DNA of 64,000 bases from Candidatus Bathyarchaeota archaeon (GTDB taxonomy: Archaea; Thermoproteota; Bathyarchaeia; Bathyarchaeales; Bathycorpusculaceae). Under the pieces are notes generated by a model. The model was not told the DNA's origin. It worked only from the letters and a program-made list of their open reading frames with translations, and made no database searches. Shown one piece after another: positions 48,302-58,071 of the stretch (the stretch's first letter is position 1; every line of letters starts with the position of its first letter). Location of the stretch: contig OY970280.1 in the NCBI GenBank assembly GCA_963715865.1, forward strand, positions 640,001 to 704,000, read 5' to 3'. The position numbers and the translations under genes are program-made.

Positions 48302-49687
48302 ATGGAAACAAGAAAAGAAATCGATCCGTTAGGAAAGAGATTAATTCCGAAAGATGCTTATTATGGCATTCAAACGTTGAGGGCAACAGAGAATTTTCTC
48401 GTAAGCGGAATCAAAGCGCCCTTGCCGTTCATCAGGGCTTATGTTCTCATAAAAAAATCAGCAGCCATCGCAAACGCCCAAGTAGGCTGGCTTGAAGAGA
48501 AAACTGCTAAAGCAATCATCCAAGCATGCGACGAAGTATTAGCTGGCAAACTTCTGGACCAGTTCATGGTTGACGTTTTCCAGGCTGGCGCAGGCACTTC
48601 CTTTAACATGAATGTTAACGAGGCTTTAGCTAACAGAGCACTGGAAATTTTGGGCAAAGCGAAAGGCAACTACAAAACTGTGAACCCGAACGACCACGTA
48701 AACATGGGGCAATCCACCAATGACACGTTTCCCACGGCACTTCACGTTTCAGTTCTCATGGCTTTGCAGCCATTGCTTTCTGCGCTGGATGAACTAGCAG
48801 ACGCCTTTAACAAGTTAGGCAAAAAATACGCTAATGTATTGAAGTCAGGCAGAACTCACTTGCAAGATGCTGTGCCAGTAACTATTGGGCAAGAGTTTAA
48901 CGCTTATGGTTCAGCAATCGCTAACGCTTGCGCTGAGCTTAGGAAAAGGCAGGAAAGCCTGTATTCTGTAGCTTTAGGCGGCACAGCAACGGGAACAGGA
49001 GCCAACACTCACCCAGAATACAAACGGATTGCAATAGCAGAGTTAGCAAAGATGACTGGTTTTCCCTTAAAGCCTGCATCAAACAATTTCGAAGCGCTCC
49101 AAAGCCACAGAGCAGCGCAAACGGTTTCAAGCGGTCTTAAAGAGTTAGCCTTGGAGCTTATCAGGATAGCAAATGACCTGCGCCTTCTCGCATCTGGTCC
49201 CACGACTGGATTAAATGAGATTACGCTTCCGCCTGTGCAGCCTGGCTCGTCCATTATGCCTGGAAAAGTCAATCCGGTCATGGCTGAATGCTTAGACATG
49301 GTAGCTTTCCAAGTGGTTGGGAACGATTTGGCGGTTTCCTTAGCAGTTCAGGCAGGTCAGTTGGAACTCAATGTCATGACGCCAGTCATCATGTATAACA
49401 TGCTCTTTTCCATTCAAATCTTAAACAACTACATTCCAGTATTCACAAAGAAATGCGTTCAAGGAATAACCGTCAACGAAAAACAATGCAGCCAATACTT
49501 GGAAAAGAATCCCTCCTTAGCCACACTCCTATCACCATACATCGGCTACTTGGAAGCAGCTAAAATCGCCAAACAGGCCCAAGCAGAAAACCGTTCAGTA
49601 AAAGAGATTGCCTTGGAAAAGAAATTGCTTAAGCCAGAGGAAATAGAAAAAATATTCAGCCGCAAACGATTGCTTAACGAACAATAA
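48302..49687 (+). CDS. Aspartate ammonia-lyase / class II fumarate hydratase
   Basis: GAGTSFNMN, QSTND, GRTHLQDAVP and GSSIMPGKVNP. AspA cannot be separated from FumC by eye. Confidence 0.9.
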   Translation: METRKEIDPLGKRLIPKDAYYGIQTLRATENFLVSGIKAPLPFIRAYVLIKKSAAIANAQVGWLEEKTAKAIIQACDEVLAGKLLDQFMVDVFQAGAGTSFNMNVNEALANRALEILGKAKGNYKTVNPNDHVNMGQSTNDTFPTALHVSVLMALQPLLSALDELADAFNKLGKKYANVLKSGRTHLQDAVPVTIGQEFNAYGSAIANACAELRKRQESLYSVALGGTATGTGANTHPEYKRIAIAELAKMTGFPLKPASNNFEALQSHRAAQTVSSGLKELALELIRIANDLRLLASGPTTGLNEITLPPVQPGSSIMPGKVNPVMAECLDMVAFQVVGNDLAVSLAVQAGQLELNVMTPVIMYNMLFSIQILNNYIPVFTKKCVQGITVNEKQCSQYLEKNPSLATLLSPYIGYLEAAKIAKQAQAENRSVKEIALEKKLLKPEEIEKIFSRKRLLNEQ

Positions 49688-49688
49688 T

Positions 49689-51032
49689 TTATCCTGCTGT
49701 GCCATAACCGCTAACTGTAACAACTGCGTTTGTAGAGCTAGAGCTTGATTTAGCATCAACTAAAACAGCCCAAATTACGCTCTGTGAAGGATACAGCTGC
49801 ATCATTTCGTCATCAGTCAACCATACTGCCCCGCTACTGGTAAAGGTTTTAACAACGCTGTTTGAAATTACATTGTCTGCAAATTCCAAGCGAATCCTAA
49901 CAGTAACAGTCTCGTTATTTGTGAAGCTGCCGGCAACTTGAATTTTAGGTTTGAAATTGAAAATTTTAAGCGGAAGCGTTTGGATACTCACGTTAGCGCC
50001 ATACTGGTTGTTTAAGCCTACAGGAACATTGACGTTTTCTCGCTCAAAAGCGCTGCCGACTCCAGAAATCCACACGCTATAGGGGTTGTGAATTCTAGCT
50101 GTCCAATTGCCTAGAAAGCTGACGCCGCCGTCCAATATCGGCGCTGGATTAGCAGTTTGTCCAATGTCCATTGCAAACATGTTGTTGGGTTGGTCAGTGA
50201 AGGATTCGAACACTACACCAAAGAGCAAAGTCTGGTACATTGAACCGTCAACTAAAAGTCCTGTTTGATTAGTTTTCCCATCTTCACCCATCCACATTCT
50301 TACATCTTGCAATTGGCTATCTGAAAACTCAGCCAATGGTTCAACGTTGATGCCGACGGAATTGTCCCTAATGTTGAAGAAGCAACGGTTGATTTCTGAG
50401 CTATCGTAAGAACCTGTAGCATTGCCAACAGGTGTTCGGAAAGCTATGCCTTCAGTTGCATTAATAAAATGGCAATCTTCGATTTTTGTGTTTTCGCTCC
50501 AAGATTTAGTATTTGCCAGCTCGATGGCGGTTGATGTGTTTTCGAAGATTATGTTGGATATGGTTGTTCCAAACGAGTTTTCAATTCTAATTGTTGCATT
50601 TATTATTGTTAAGCCTGAAATGGTTGCGTATTGTGAAGTGGTGAAGTTGTCGCCGCTTATGATTATTTTTTTACCGTTGCCAATTATGGTTGCGCCATCG
50701 CTGACGATTTTAGCGTTCATTTTATTGGAAACCAAAATGTCTTCATCTAAAGTGTAGGTTCCAGGGTTAAGGTAGACCGATTTTCCCTGAGCTAAGGCCG
50801 CATTAATAGTGGAAGACGCACCTTCGGATATGGTCTTTGTACTTGTTGTATAACCAGTTAACATGTTTTTCAACTGATAGTAACCGCCAACTTGAGAAAC
50901 AACAAAATCATAACTGACAGCGCTTGTATCAACTGGACCGCTGGTTCGTTCAAAAATCAGGTAAGTATTAAATGCGGAAAAAGCAAGCAAAGCTACAAGG
51001 AAAAGAACGATAACGCGGTTAGAGATAGTTAT
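49689..51032 (-). CDS. Secreted right-handed beta-helix (pectin-lyase-like) protein
   Basis: Signal peptide is complete only from the ATA at 51032 (MTISNRVIVLFLVALL). Contains VYLNPGTY and Asn/Ile-rich coils. Confidence 0.75.
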   Translation of the reverse strand: MTISNRVIVLFLVALLAFSAFNTYLIFERTSGPVDTSAVSYDFVVSQVGGYYQLKNMLTGYTTSTKTISEGASSTINAALAQGKSVYLNPGTYTLDEDILVSNKMNAKIVSDGATIIGNGKKIIISGDNFTTSQYATISGLTIINATIRIENSFGTTISNIIFENTSTAIELANTKSWSENTKIEDCHFINATEGIAFRTPVGNATGSYDSSEINRCFFNIRDNSVGINVEPLAEFSDSQLQDVRMWMGEDGKTNQTGLLVDGSMYQTLLFGVVFESFTDQPNNMFAMDIGQTANPAPILDGGVSFLGNWTARIHNPYSVWISGVGSAFERENVNVPVGLNNQYGANVSIQTLPLKIFNFKPKIQVAGSFTNNETVTVRIRLEFADNVISNSVVKTFTSSGAVWLTDDEMMQLYPSQSVIWAVLVDAKSSSSSTNAVVTVSGYGTAG

Positions 51033-51216
51033 TTAAGTTAGCTTTCATCTTGAAGAGCTCGGGCAATTTTGAAGTACATGTAAAGAACCATTGTTAATTA
51101 AATTTTATGATAATACGCCCCTTATGAGCAAGCATGCAGCCAAAAGAAAATGGTTGCCTATAGACTACCATAAACGTATTAATTATATCCATTCTCTAGT
51201 TCAATTTGGTGCCCAA

Positions 51217-52365
51217 GTGGAATACCGTTCTTTTGGAAAACTCGATTGGAAAGCTTCAGCGCTGGGATTCGGTACCATGCGTTTACCAATCATCGGTGAA
51301 GACCAAGCAAAAGTCAACGAGCCTGAAGCCATAAAATTGATCAGATACGCGATAGATCAAGGCGTAAACTACGTTGACTCAGCCTTCACCTACCACGACG
51401 GCAACAGCGAAGTAACCTTGGGCAAAGCGCTCGCAGGAAAATACCGCAAAAAAGCAAAAATAGCTACGAAAATGCCAGTTTTCTCAGTGAAACGCAAAGA
51501 AGACTTGGATAGAATTCTGAACATGCAGATGACACGACTAAACACAAGCTACATCGATTTTTACCTGTTCCACAGCCTAAACAAAACATTATGGAACAAA
51601 GTTAAAAAACTGAACATGCTAAAGTGGGCTGAAAAACAAGTTGCAAAAGGAAGACTTGGCTACTTAGGTTTCAGCTTCCATGATGAATTGGAAGTGTTCA
51701 AGGAAATAGTCGATAGCTATGACGGGTGGACTCTTAGCCAAATACAATACAACTACTTGGACGAAAATTACCAAGCGGGAAAAACCGGTTTAAAATACGC
51801 AGCATCAAAAGGATTAGCCGTTGTAATAATGGAACCTCTCGCAGGCGGGCTTTTAGCAGTTAATCCACCAGTCGAAATCCGAAAAGAATTGGAAAAGGCA
51901 GAGGTTAGAAGAACACCGCCTGAGTGGGCTCTTCAATGGGTTTGGAGCCAGCCTGAAGTGTCAGTTGCCCTAAGCGGCATGAACTCCATGCAACAGGTCA
52001 AAGAAAACATAGAAAGCGCAAAAAAATCTGGCGCAAACACATTAAACAGTAAGGAACTTGAGCTGATTTCTAGAGCAAGTGAACTTTACCTTAAACGCGG
52101 ATATATAGGCTGTACACAATGCCGCTACTGCAGTCATTGCCCTCAAGGCATCGACATTCCTGTAATTTTGGCATTGCTCAATAAGTACGCAACCAAGTGT
52201 AGAGAGCTAAAAACTCAATTAAAATTAAAAGAAGCTTATGCTAAAGCGGTGCCTTCTGCTAAAAGGGCAAGTAACTGTATTCATTGTGGACAATGTGAAG
52301 CAGTTTGCCCCCAGCATCTCCCAGTACGCAAACTACTATCAGAAGCAAGGGCTAATTTTGAATAA
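51217..52365 (+). CDS. Aldo/keto reductase with C-terminal 4Fe-4S domain
   Basis: LGFGTMRLP, NYVDSAFTY, GFSFHD, IMEPLAGG, CTQCRYCSHCP and CIHCGQCEAVCP. Confidence 0.93.
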   Translation: MEYRSFGKLDWKASALGFGTMRLPIIGEDQAKVNEPEAIKLIRYAIDQGVNYVDSAFTYHDGNSEVTLGKALAGKYRKKAKIATKMPVFSVKRKEDLDRILNMQMTRLNTSYIDFYLFHSLNKTLWNKVKKLNMLKWAEKQVAKGRLGYLGFSFHDELEVFKEIVDSYDGWTLSQIQYNYLDENYQAGKTGLKYAASKGLAVVIMEPLAGGLLAVNPPVEIRKELEKAEVRRTPPEWALQWVWSQPEVSVALSGMNSMQQVKENIESAKKSGANTLNSKELELISRASELYLKRGYIGCTQCRYCSHCPQGIDIPVILALLNKYATKCRELKTQLKLKEAYAKAVPSAKRASNCIHCGQCEAVCPQHLPVRKLLSEARANFE

Positions 52366-52386
52366 TTCAGGCAAAAGTTAACTTTG

Positions 52387-52408
52387 TAGTTACAAGAAGT
52401 TGTAACTA
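52387..52408. promoter_or_regulatory. Perfect 9-bp inverted repeat directly upstream of a TATA-like box
   Basis: TAGTTACAA-GAAG-TTGTAACTA followed by CTTATATAG. Confidence 0.5.
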
Positions 52409-52608
52409 GTTCTTATATAGCATTGTTTTCATCGTTATTAATGGAGAGCCCTTTGCTTTACTAAACAAACAGCTGTTTACATTGCTTCTGAAATACTGAA
52501 TCCTATCAGCATTCGGCCAATTAGCAAGGCAGGTTTAACAAAAAAGGATCTTTCAAAACCATTCAATGAACCTTGAAAGAGGTAGCCTTCTACCTAAAGG
52601 AGATATAA

Positions 52609-53436
52609 ATGATAATATTTGTTCACCAGCCAGAATATATGTCATGGCTTGGTTTCTTTGATAAACTTGCAAGATGCGATACTTTTGTCATCTATGATGA
52701 TGCACAATTTCAACACGGCGGATTTCACAATAGAAACAAAATTAGAACGGCGCAGGGTTGGGAATGGCTAACTGTACCCATTACTCATGGGCACCCACAA
52801 ACTATTAAGGATGTAAAAATAGCAGGAACCCAATGGAAAAATAAACATTTAAGTGCAATAACGAACAATTACGAAAAGACACCTTATTTTAAAGAATATT
52901 TTCCTTTAATTAAAGAAGCCATAGATTTCGACCATGAACTACTAATAAGCTTAAACCTGCACCTCATAAGAACATTTGCCGAAATCTTATCCATAAAAGT
53001 AAATATTGTCCGTTCATCCGAATTTCCTTATTGCGGAAAAGAAAAAAACGAAAAACTAGTATCCATGTGTAGATCTATGGGGGCTGACACGTATCTGTCA
53101 GGTTCTGGAGGAAAAGCCTACGTTAATGAAAGTTTGTTCTCACAAGCCAACATTAAGATTCAATGGCACTACTACGAGCACCCAATTTACAAACAAAGAT
53201 ACGAAGGCTTTCAACCTAACATGTCAATCATAGACTTGCTATTCAATACTGGCCCCCAAGCCAAAGAAATAATCCTAAAGGGCGGCACCATAAACACAAG
53301 CAACCTTTTAGATAACTTAGCACTTCCTAAAACTTTAATCATTGAACCAATAAAAAAAGCAACAAACAAATTTAGAATTTTACTATTTGGGCGTATTAAC
53401 AAAAAAGGGCGACTAACTGAGCATCTCCCTCAATAA
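52609..53436 (+). CDS. WbqC-like protein
   Basis: HQPEYMSWLGFFDK...YDDAQF...NRNKI...WLTVP...YLSGSGG..Y...MSIIDLLFN. Confidence 0.92.
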   Translation: MIIFVHQPEYMSWLGFFDKLARCDTFVIYDDAQFQHGGFHNRNKIRTAQGWEWLTVPITHGHPQTIKDVKIAGTQWKNKHLSAITNNYEKTPYFKEYFPLIKEAIDFDHELLISLNLHLIRTFAEILSIKVNIVRSSEFPYCGKEKNEKLVSMCRSMGADTYLSGSGGKAYVNESLFSQANIKIQWHYYEHPIYKQRYEGFQPNMSIIDLLFNTGPQAKEIILKGGTINTSNLLDNLALPKTLIIEPIKKATNKFRILLFGRINKKGRLTEHLPQ

Positions 53437-53512
53437 AGGTTCTCCTTCAATGCGCGAATATTGGAAATTTAAAAAACGCGAAGAGCGTAAAAAGAAGGCT
53501 AAAAAATGAAAG

Positions 53513-53641
53513 ATGAGGAACCCAGTGATAAATGAACTAGTAGAAAAAATCAACGCAATTCCAGCGGGACTTAAAGTTTTAGCAATCATAGTTTTCTCAA
53601 TTGACGCTGTAATTGTTCTGATTACTTTAGGAATCATTTAA
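53513..53641 (+). CDS. 42-aa single-TM microprotein
   Basis: MRNPVINELVEKINAIPAGLKVLAIIVFSIDAVIVLITLGII, which stops just before the SD of the next gene. Confidence 0.5.
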   Translation: MRNPVINELVEKINAIPAGLKVLAIIVFSIDAVIVLITLGII

Positions 53642-53655
53642 GGAGTTTACCCTTA

Positions 53656-53913
53656 ATGAAGCACCAAAAAACTTTAACTAATAACATGCGTTTAAACTTG
53701 AAATATGTATTCCATATCGTAGGGCTTTCAGGCTTGTTTGGCGCTGTTTCATTAATGTGCTTGACCTTCTACGGTATATCTACACAAGGCTATTTTCTTG
53801 GTGTTGAATCTAGATTGTGGATTCGTTACCCTGAAATTGGCTTAACCATCTTCAGCATGATCTACATTCTGTATTTGATTGCCGTTTATATTAAAGTGGT
53901 GCTTAAACTATGA
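53656..53913 (+). CDS. Small two-TM membrane protein
   Basis: AGGAG SD and two hydrophobic segments. Confidence 0.65.
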   Translation: MKHQKTLTNNMRLNLKYVFHIVGLSGLFGAVSLMCLTFYGISTQGYFLGVESRLWIRYPEIGLTIFSMIYILYLIAVYIKVVLKL

Positions 53914-53917
53914 AGGC

Positions 53918-54088
53918 AAAAACACTTTAGTGTACATTGACCTGGAAAGACTTGCTTATCCTAACGGTGGTGACGACTACACTTCTAAAGCAGCAAGAAC
54001 CGAAGCTGAAGCTTTAAGCCTAATCGAAGCTGGATTTGACTATGTTTGCGATTTTCAAGACGTTAAACTGTTTAGGAAAAGGAAATGA
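53918..54088 (+). pseudogene. C-terminal remnant of an archaeal tyrosine integrase
   Basis: KNTLVYID (catalytic Tyr region)...ARTEAEALSLIEAGFDYVCDFQDVKLFRKRK, a tail recalled from Bathyarchaeia integrases. Confidence 0.7.
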
Positions 54089-54127
54089 CAATGACAGCAA
54101 AAGTTTACTATTTATCCATAAGCATGG

Positions 54128-54424
54128 TTAAAACTTCACGATTTGGGCGTGAGGTATGCCCTCTATTTTCAAAACCGCTTCAGGATGCACATAACCCTTC
54201 GCTATAGCTTTTTCAACACAGCACTTGCCTACAAGGTTCACTATGGTTGAATTATCAATCATTCCAATAGCTTCTTCAACACTCGCCTTTCGACCATTAT
54301 AAAACTCGTCTCTAACATGAAAGACAATTTTGCCTTCCCGAAGCGTCCTGCCGAGCAATTCACAGTCGCAGATAGCTAAAAGCACATTTCTGCCGTCCTT
54401 CTTGAGGTTTACATAGACTTCCAA
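54128..54424 (-). CDS. DUF424-family protein
   Basis: LLAICDCELLG...FY.G...IVNLVG pattern, downstream of aIF-2beta. Confidence 0.9.
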   Translation of the reverse strand: MEVYVNLKKDGRNVLLAICDCELLGRTLREGKIVFHVRDEFYNGRKASVEEAIGMIDNSTIVNLVGKCCVEKAIAKGYVHPEAVLKIEGIPHAQIVKF

Positions 54425-54436
54425 TTTTTAGCTCTC

Positions 54437-54853
54437 TCACAACTGTTTAATAGATGATTTTGCACCGCAAGCGTTGCATACTAGAAAAGACAAGCGTTTT
54501 TCCTTAACAACTCTGGTGTCAGGGCGCTTGCAAACTGGGCAAATTACATAGTTCTCTAAATACCTCTGCAATAACCGTTCGAAACTATCGGAGCGAAATT
54601 TTCCTTGAAATATTGCTCTTGAATCTTGAAAAGTTGCGGCTGTAGCCATTTCCCGCGTCAAAAACTTCAAAATATGCTGAGGATCACGATCCAAGGCATC
54701 CGCTACTTCCTTAAAATTAGAAATTATCGTTCGCATACCAACCGTGTTAACAAACAATCTTGGTAATTCTAAGCGCTCACGCTTTGTGGAAACTTCTGGC
54801 ATCTGAGCGCACGCCCTCTTTAGCAGTTCATCATAATTAAAGGTCATGTCCAC
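54437..54853 (-). CDS. eif2b: Translation initiation factor aIF-2 beta
   Basis: YDELLKRA...RLELP...RTIISNF...YVICPVCKRPDT...CNACGA. Confidence 0.96.
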   Translation of the reverse strand: MDMTFNYDELLKRACAQMPEVSTKRERLELPRLFVNTVGMRTIISNFKEVADALDRDPQHILKFLTREMATAATFQDSRAIFQGKFRSDSFERLLQRYLENYVICPVCKRPDTRVVKEKRLSFLVCNACGAKSSIKQL

Positions 54854-55005
54854 ATCTCACCAAATCATGGTGCCAGCATATATTTAAAATTATAATTTAA
54901 AAACTATGCTTTTGCATGAACGAAAGAACGGATTTTTACATACAAATCAATATAAATTTGAAATAACAATCAACATTATCTTTAGTTTACATCAGAGGCC
55001 CGCTC

Positions 55006-55893
55006 ATGACAGAGCACCAGAAAACCAGCCAAATAGAAGACATTACCCAGCAAATTGAAAAGCTAAGAGAACAAACTAGCTTAGCGAACGCTCAAATCAA
55101 AAACTATGTTGAAAAAAGAAACCAGTTGAACGACCAAGTCAGGAAAGCCCATCAGGAAATCACTGAAATAAAAACTGAACGCGACAGCATAAATGAAAAA
55201 GTTAAGCTGCTAAAACAGCAAAGAGACTCTATCAGAGCAAAATCCACGCCGATCATCGATGAAGTAAACGCCATAAAACAAAAAATCTCTGAACTCAAAA
55301 AGAAAGTACCACGCGAAAGACAGCGAGACTTGCAAGAAGAGCTTGAAGCAATTGAATGGAAAATACAGACAAACTCTCTTGATTTGCAAGAAGAAAAAAG
55401 GCTAATAGAGAACGTCAAACAACTTGAAATCCAACTTAGCAGCTACAAAAAAATCGACCTGCGAAACAGAAAAATCAAGGACTTACTGACCCAACGGAGA
55501 ACCTTTGAGGCTCAAGCCGACGCGTGGCATAAGGAATTGACTGATTTAGCTACGAAAAGCCAAGAGTTACACTCAAATATGATGGAAAAAGTAAATAGTG
55601 TGAAAATTAACAAAGGTGAAGCTGATAGCTTACACCAAGCTTACATTAAAACAAAAGAACAAATTGCTCCCTTATATGAGAAAATCCGGGAATTGACTGA
55701 GCAATTAAAAAACTTGAAAGCTTCAGTTAAAGAGGAAGATAAAGTGAAGAAAATGGCGACTGAGCAAGCTATTAAAGAAAAGCTTGGGGCTGAAGCTAGG
55801 GATAAGCTTCAAAGGGGCGAAGAATTAAGTTGGAATGAGTTTCAACTTGTTATGGGTGACGGCGCTCAGGATGATTCAGAAACACAAGATTAA
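55006..55893 (+). CDS. Archaeal long coiled-coil protein
   Basis: Heptad-rich throughout, with EWKIQT..L.L.EEK and a C-terminal GEELSWNEF. Confidence 0.85.
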   Translation: MTEHQKTSQIEDITQQIEKLREQTSLANAQIKNYVEKRNQLNDQVRKAHQEITEIKTERDSINEKVKLLKQQRDSIRAKSTPIIDEVNAIKQKISELKKKVPRERQRDLQEELEAIEWKIQTNSLDLQEEKRLIENVKQLEIQLSSYKKIDLRNRKIKDLLTQRRTFEAQADAWHKELTDLATKSQELHSNMMEKVNSVKINKGEADSLHQAYIKTKEQIAPLYEKIRELTEQLKNLKASVKEEDKVKKMATEQAIKEKLGAEARDKLQRGEELSWNEFQLVMGDGAQDDSETQD

Positions 55894-55926
55894 AGTTAAA
55901 TAGCAATATTATGGGAATAGAGATAG

Positions 55927-57156
55927 ATGGCGAAAAAGGAAACGCAAGAACAAACGCAAAAGCGAATCCTAATTTTATGTGTGGATAGAGATGGCGATAT
56001 AGAAACAAAAGCAGGAATAAAAACGCCTCTTCTAGGAAGGACCGCAAACTTAGACGGCGCAGTTGCCTTAGCCCTAAAAGACCCCGAAGAACCTGACGCA
56101 AACGCTATGTTTGAAGCCGTCCGCCTTCATGACAGGTTACAAAACGAAAAGCAGCCAGAAGAAATGTTTGAAGTCGCTACCATATCGGGTTCTGAGTTGG
56201 GTGGCGTTAGCGCGGATAGAAAATTGGTTGCTGAATTAAGTAATTTGCTGGATTCTTTTAGTGCAAACGAGGTAATTTTGGTTACAGATGGCTATTCTGA
56301 CGAAGCAGTTTTACCTCTTATTGAATCCAGAGTGCCCGTTTCATCCGTCAGACGGATAGTAATAAAGCATAGCGAATCAATCGAAGAAACTGCTGCCCTC
56401 TTCACAAAATACGTTCGACTATTAGTGGATAATCCTAGGTACGCTCGCATGGCGTTAGGTTTGCCTGGATTACTGGTTTTTATTTTTGGTATTCTTTGGG
56501 CTATTAACAATTTCGTTTATCCAGGCGCTATTTACTTTTACGGAATTACCATTGTAATTGTTGTAGGCGGTTACTTGCTTATCAAAGGCTTCGGCGTTGA
56601 CAAATCAGCTAAAGACTTCTATAAGTGGATAAAAGAATATTCGCCGCCGCCCCTACCAATGCAAATCTCAAATTACACAATTTTCGCCGGAATCTTATGT
56701 GTAGCCGTCAGCGTCTACCTGGGAATAGCAAACGTCACTATCAACGTGGCACCGTTTCCCAGCAATTTTGCCGGATGGCTTGCTATCACTCCAAGAATTG
56801 CTACATTCTTTATCAAAGGTATCATGGACCTTTTAGTGGTAGGGTTAATCATTGTTCTTCTTGGACGAAGCGTACGTTTATACATTGAAAGAGACTCAAA
56901 ATTGCTACGCAATGTTGCTTTGATAGTTTCAGTTGCGTGGTTTCGTTGGATCCTCGACGCAACAGCAAACATAATTTACAACCCAAGTAGCACGGGAGCG
57001 CCAATAGGTTTAAATGACCCGTTTTTTTCAAATTTCCTTTTCACAATAATAGTAGGCATTCTAATCGGCGTTGCTTCTGTACTATTAATTTTTATTGTTA
57101 ACAGGTCAGCTAAAGACTTCTTCCAAAAACCAGAAAAGACCCAAGCGACAAAATGA
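55927..57156 (+). CDS. DUF373-family membrane protein
   Basis: ILCVDRDGDI...DPEEPDAN...VTDGYSDE...VSSVRRIVIKHSESIEET. Confidence 0.92.
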   Translation: MAKKETQEQTQKRILILCVDRDGDIETKAGIKTPLLGRTANLDGAVALALKDPEEPDANAMFEAVRLHDRLQNEKQPEEMFEVATISGSELGGVSADRKLVAELSNLLDSFSANEVILVTDGYSDEAVLPLIESRVPVSSVRRIVIKHSESIEETAALFTKYVRLLVDNPRYARMALGLPGLLVFIFGILWAINNFVYPGAIYFYGITIVIVVGGYLLIKGFGVDKSAKDFYKWIKEYSPPPLPMQISNYTIFAGILCVAVSVYLGIANVTINVAPFPSNFAGWLAITPRIATFFIKGIMDLLVVGLIIVLLGRSVRLYIERDSKLLRNVALIVSVAWFRWILDATANIIYNPSSTGAPIGLNDPFFSNFLFTIIVGILIGVASVLLIFIVNRSAKDFFQKPEKTQATK

Positions 57157-57280
57157 ATTTTTCCTTGCATTTTATTCTCGAATTAGAGCAAGACTTAATT
57201 GAAACTATCAAGGTTTTAACTATAATGCATAGTTGCATAGAAACCCTTGAAGAAACGTTTAACATGCGAGGTTACGCTTA

Positions 57281-58063
57281 GTGCTTAAAAAAGTTCTTTC
57301 TGTCATTGGCGCATACAAGATGTATGAGAAGTGGCTGTGGGAACAGGTTAAGAGCGGAGTAAAGCCTGAACACATTGCCATAATTTTAGATGGGAATAGG
57401 CGTTGGGCTTCAGAAAATGAGCTTAACCCATGGCTGGGGCATAAGCAGGGTGCGGAAACGGTTGAACATCTTTTAGATTGGTGTTTGAAACTTAACGTAA
57501 AGTTCATAACGCTATACGCGTTTTCAACTGAGAATTTTAGGCGTTCTCCTCAAGAAATAGAGGAGATAATGAGGATTTCTGAGGAAAAATTCCGTAAACT
57601 ATTAACTGACGAGCGCATTCATAGAAACAAGGTTCATGTTAAAGTCATCGGCAGAATTAATCTTCTTCCAGAAAGCCTACAGCAGCTAATTGGTGAAATG
57701 GAGAGCGCCACAGCAAATTATGATAATCAATTTTTGAATTTTGCTTTTGCTTATGGTGGAAGAGCAGAAATTGTTGATGCTGCCAAAATCATTGCTGAGC
57801 AGGTTAAGGATGGCAAGTTGGAACTGGATGATATTAACGAGAGCATGTTTGAGAAATATCTGTATACATCGCACATGACTAAACAGGAGCCAGATTTGAT
57901 TATTCGAACTTCAGGCGAAGAAAGACTGAGTGGTTTTCTGCTTTGGCAATCTGCGTATAGTGAGCTGGTGTTTTTGGATGTTTATTGGCCTGATTTCCGC
58001 TTTATTGACCTTCTCCGTGTCATTCGAACTTACCAGCTACGTAAGCGCCGTTATGGCGCCTAA
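57281..58063 (+). CDS. uppS: cis-prenyltransferase (polyprenyl diphosphate synthase)
   Basis: HIAIILDGNRRWA, YAFSTENF, YGGRAEI, RTSGEERLSGFLLWQ and RRYG motifs. Confidence 0.97.
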   Translation: MLKKVLSVIGAYKMYEKWLWEQVKSGVKPEHIAIILDGNRRWASENELNPWLGHKQGAETVEHLLDWCLKLNVKFITLYAFSTENFRRSPQEIEEIMRISEEKFRKLLTDERIHRNKVHVKVIGRINLLPESLQQLIGEMESATANYDNQFLNFAFAYGGRAEIVDAAKIIAEQVKDGKLELDDINESMFEKYLYTSHMTKQEPDLIIRTSGEERLSGFLLWQSAYSELVFLDVYWPDFRFIDLLRVIRTYQLRKRRYGA

Positions 58064-58071
58064 CCAAGCGG

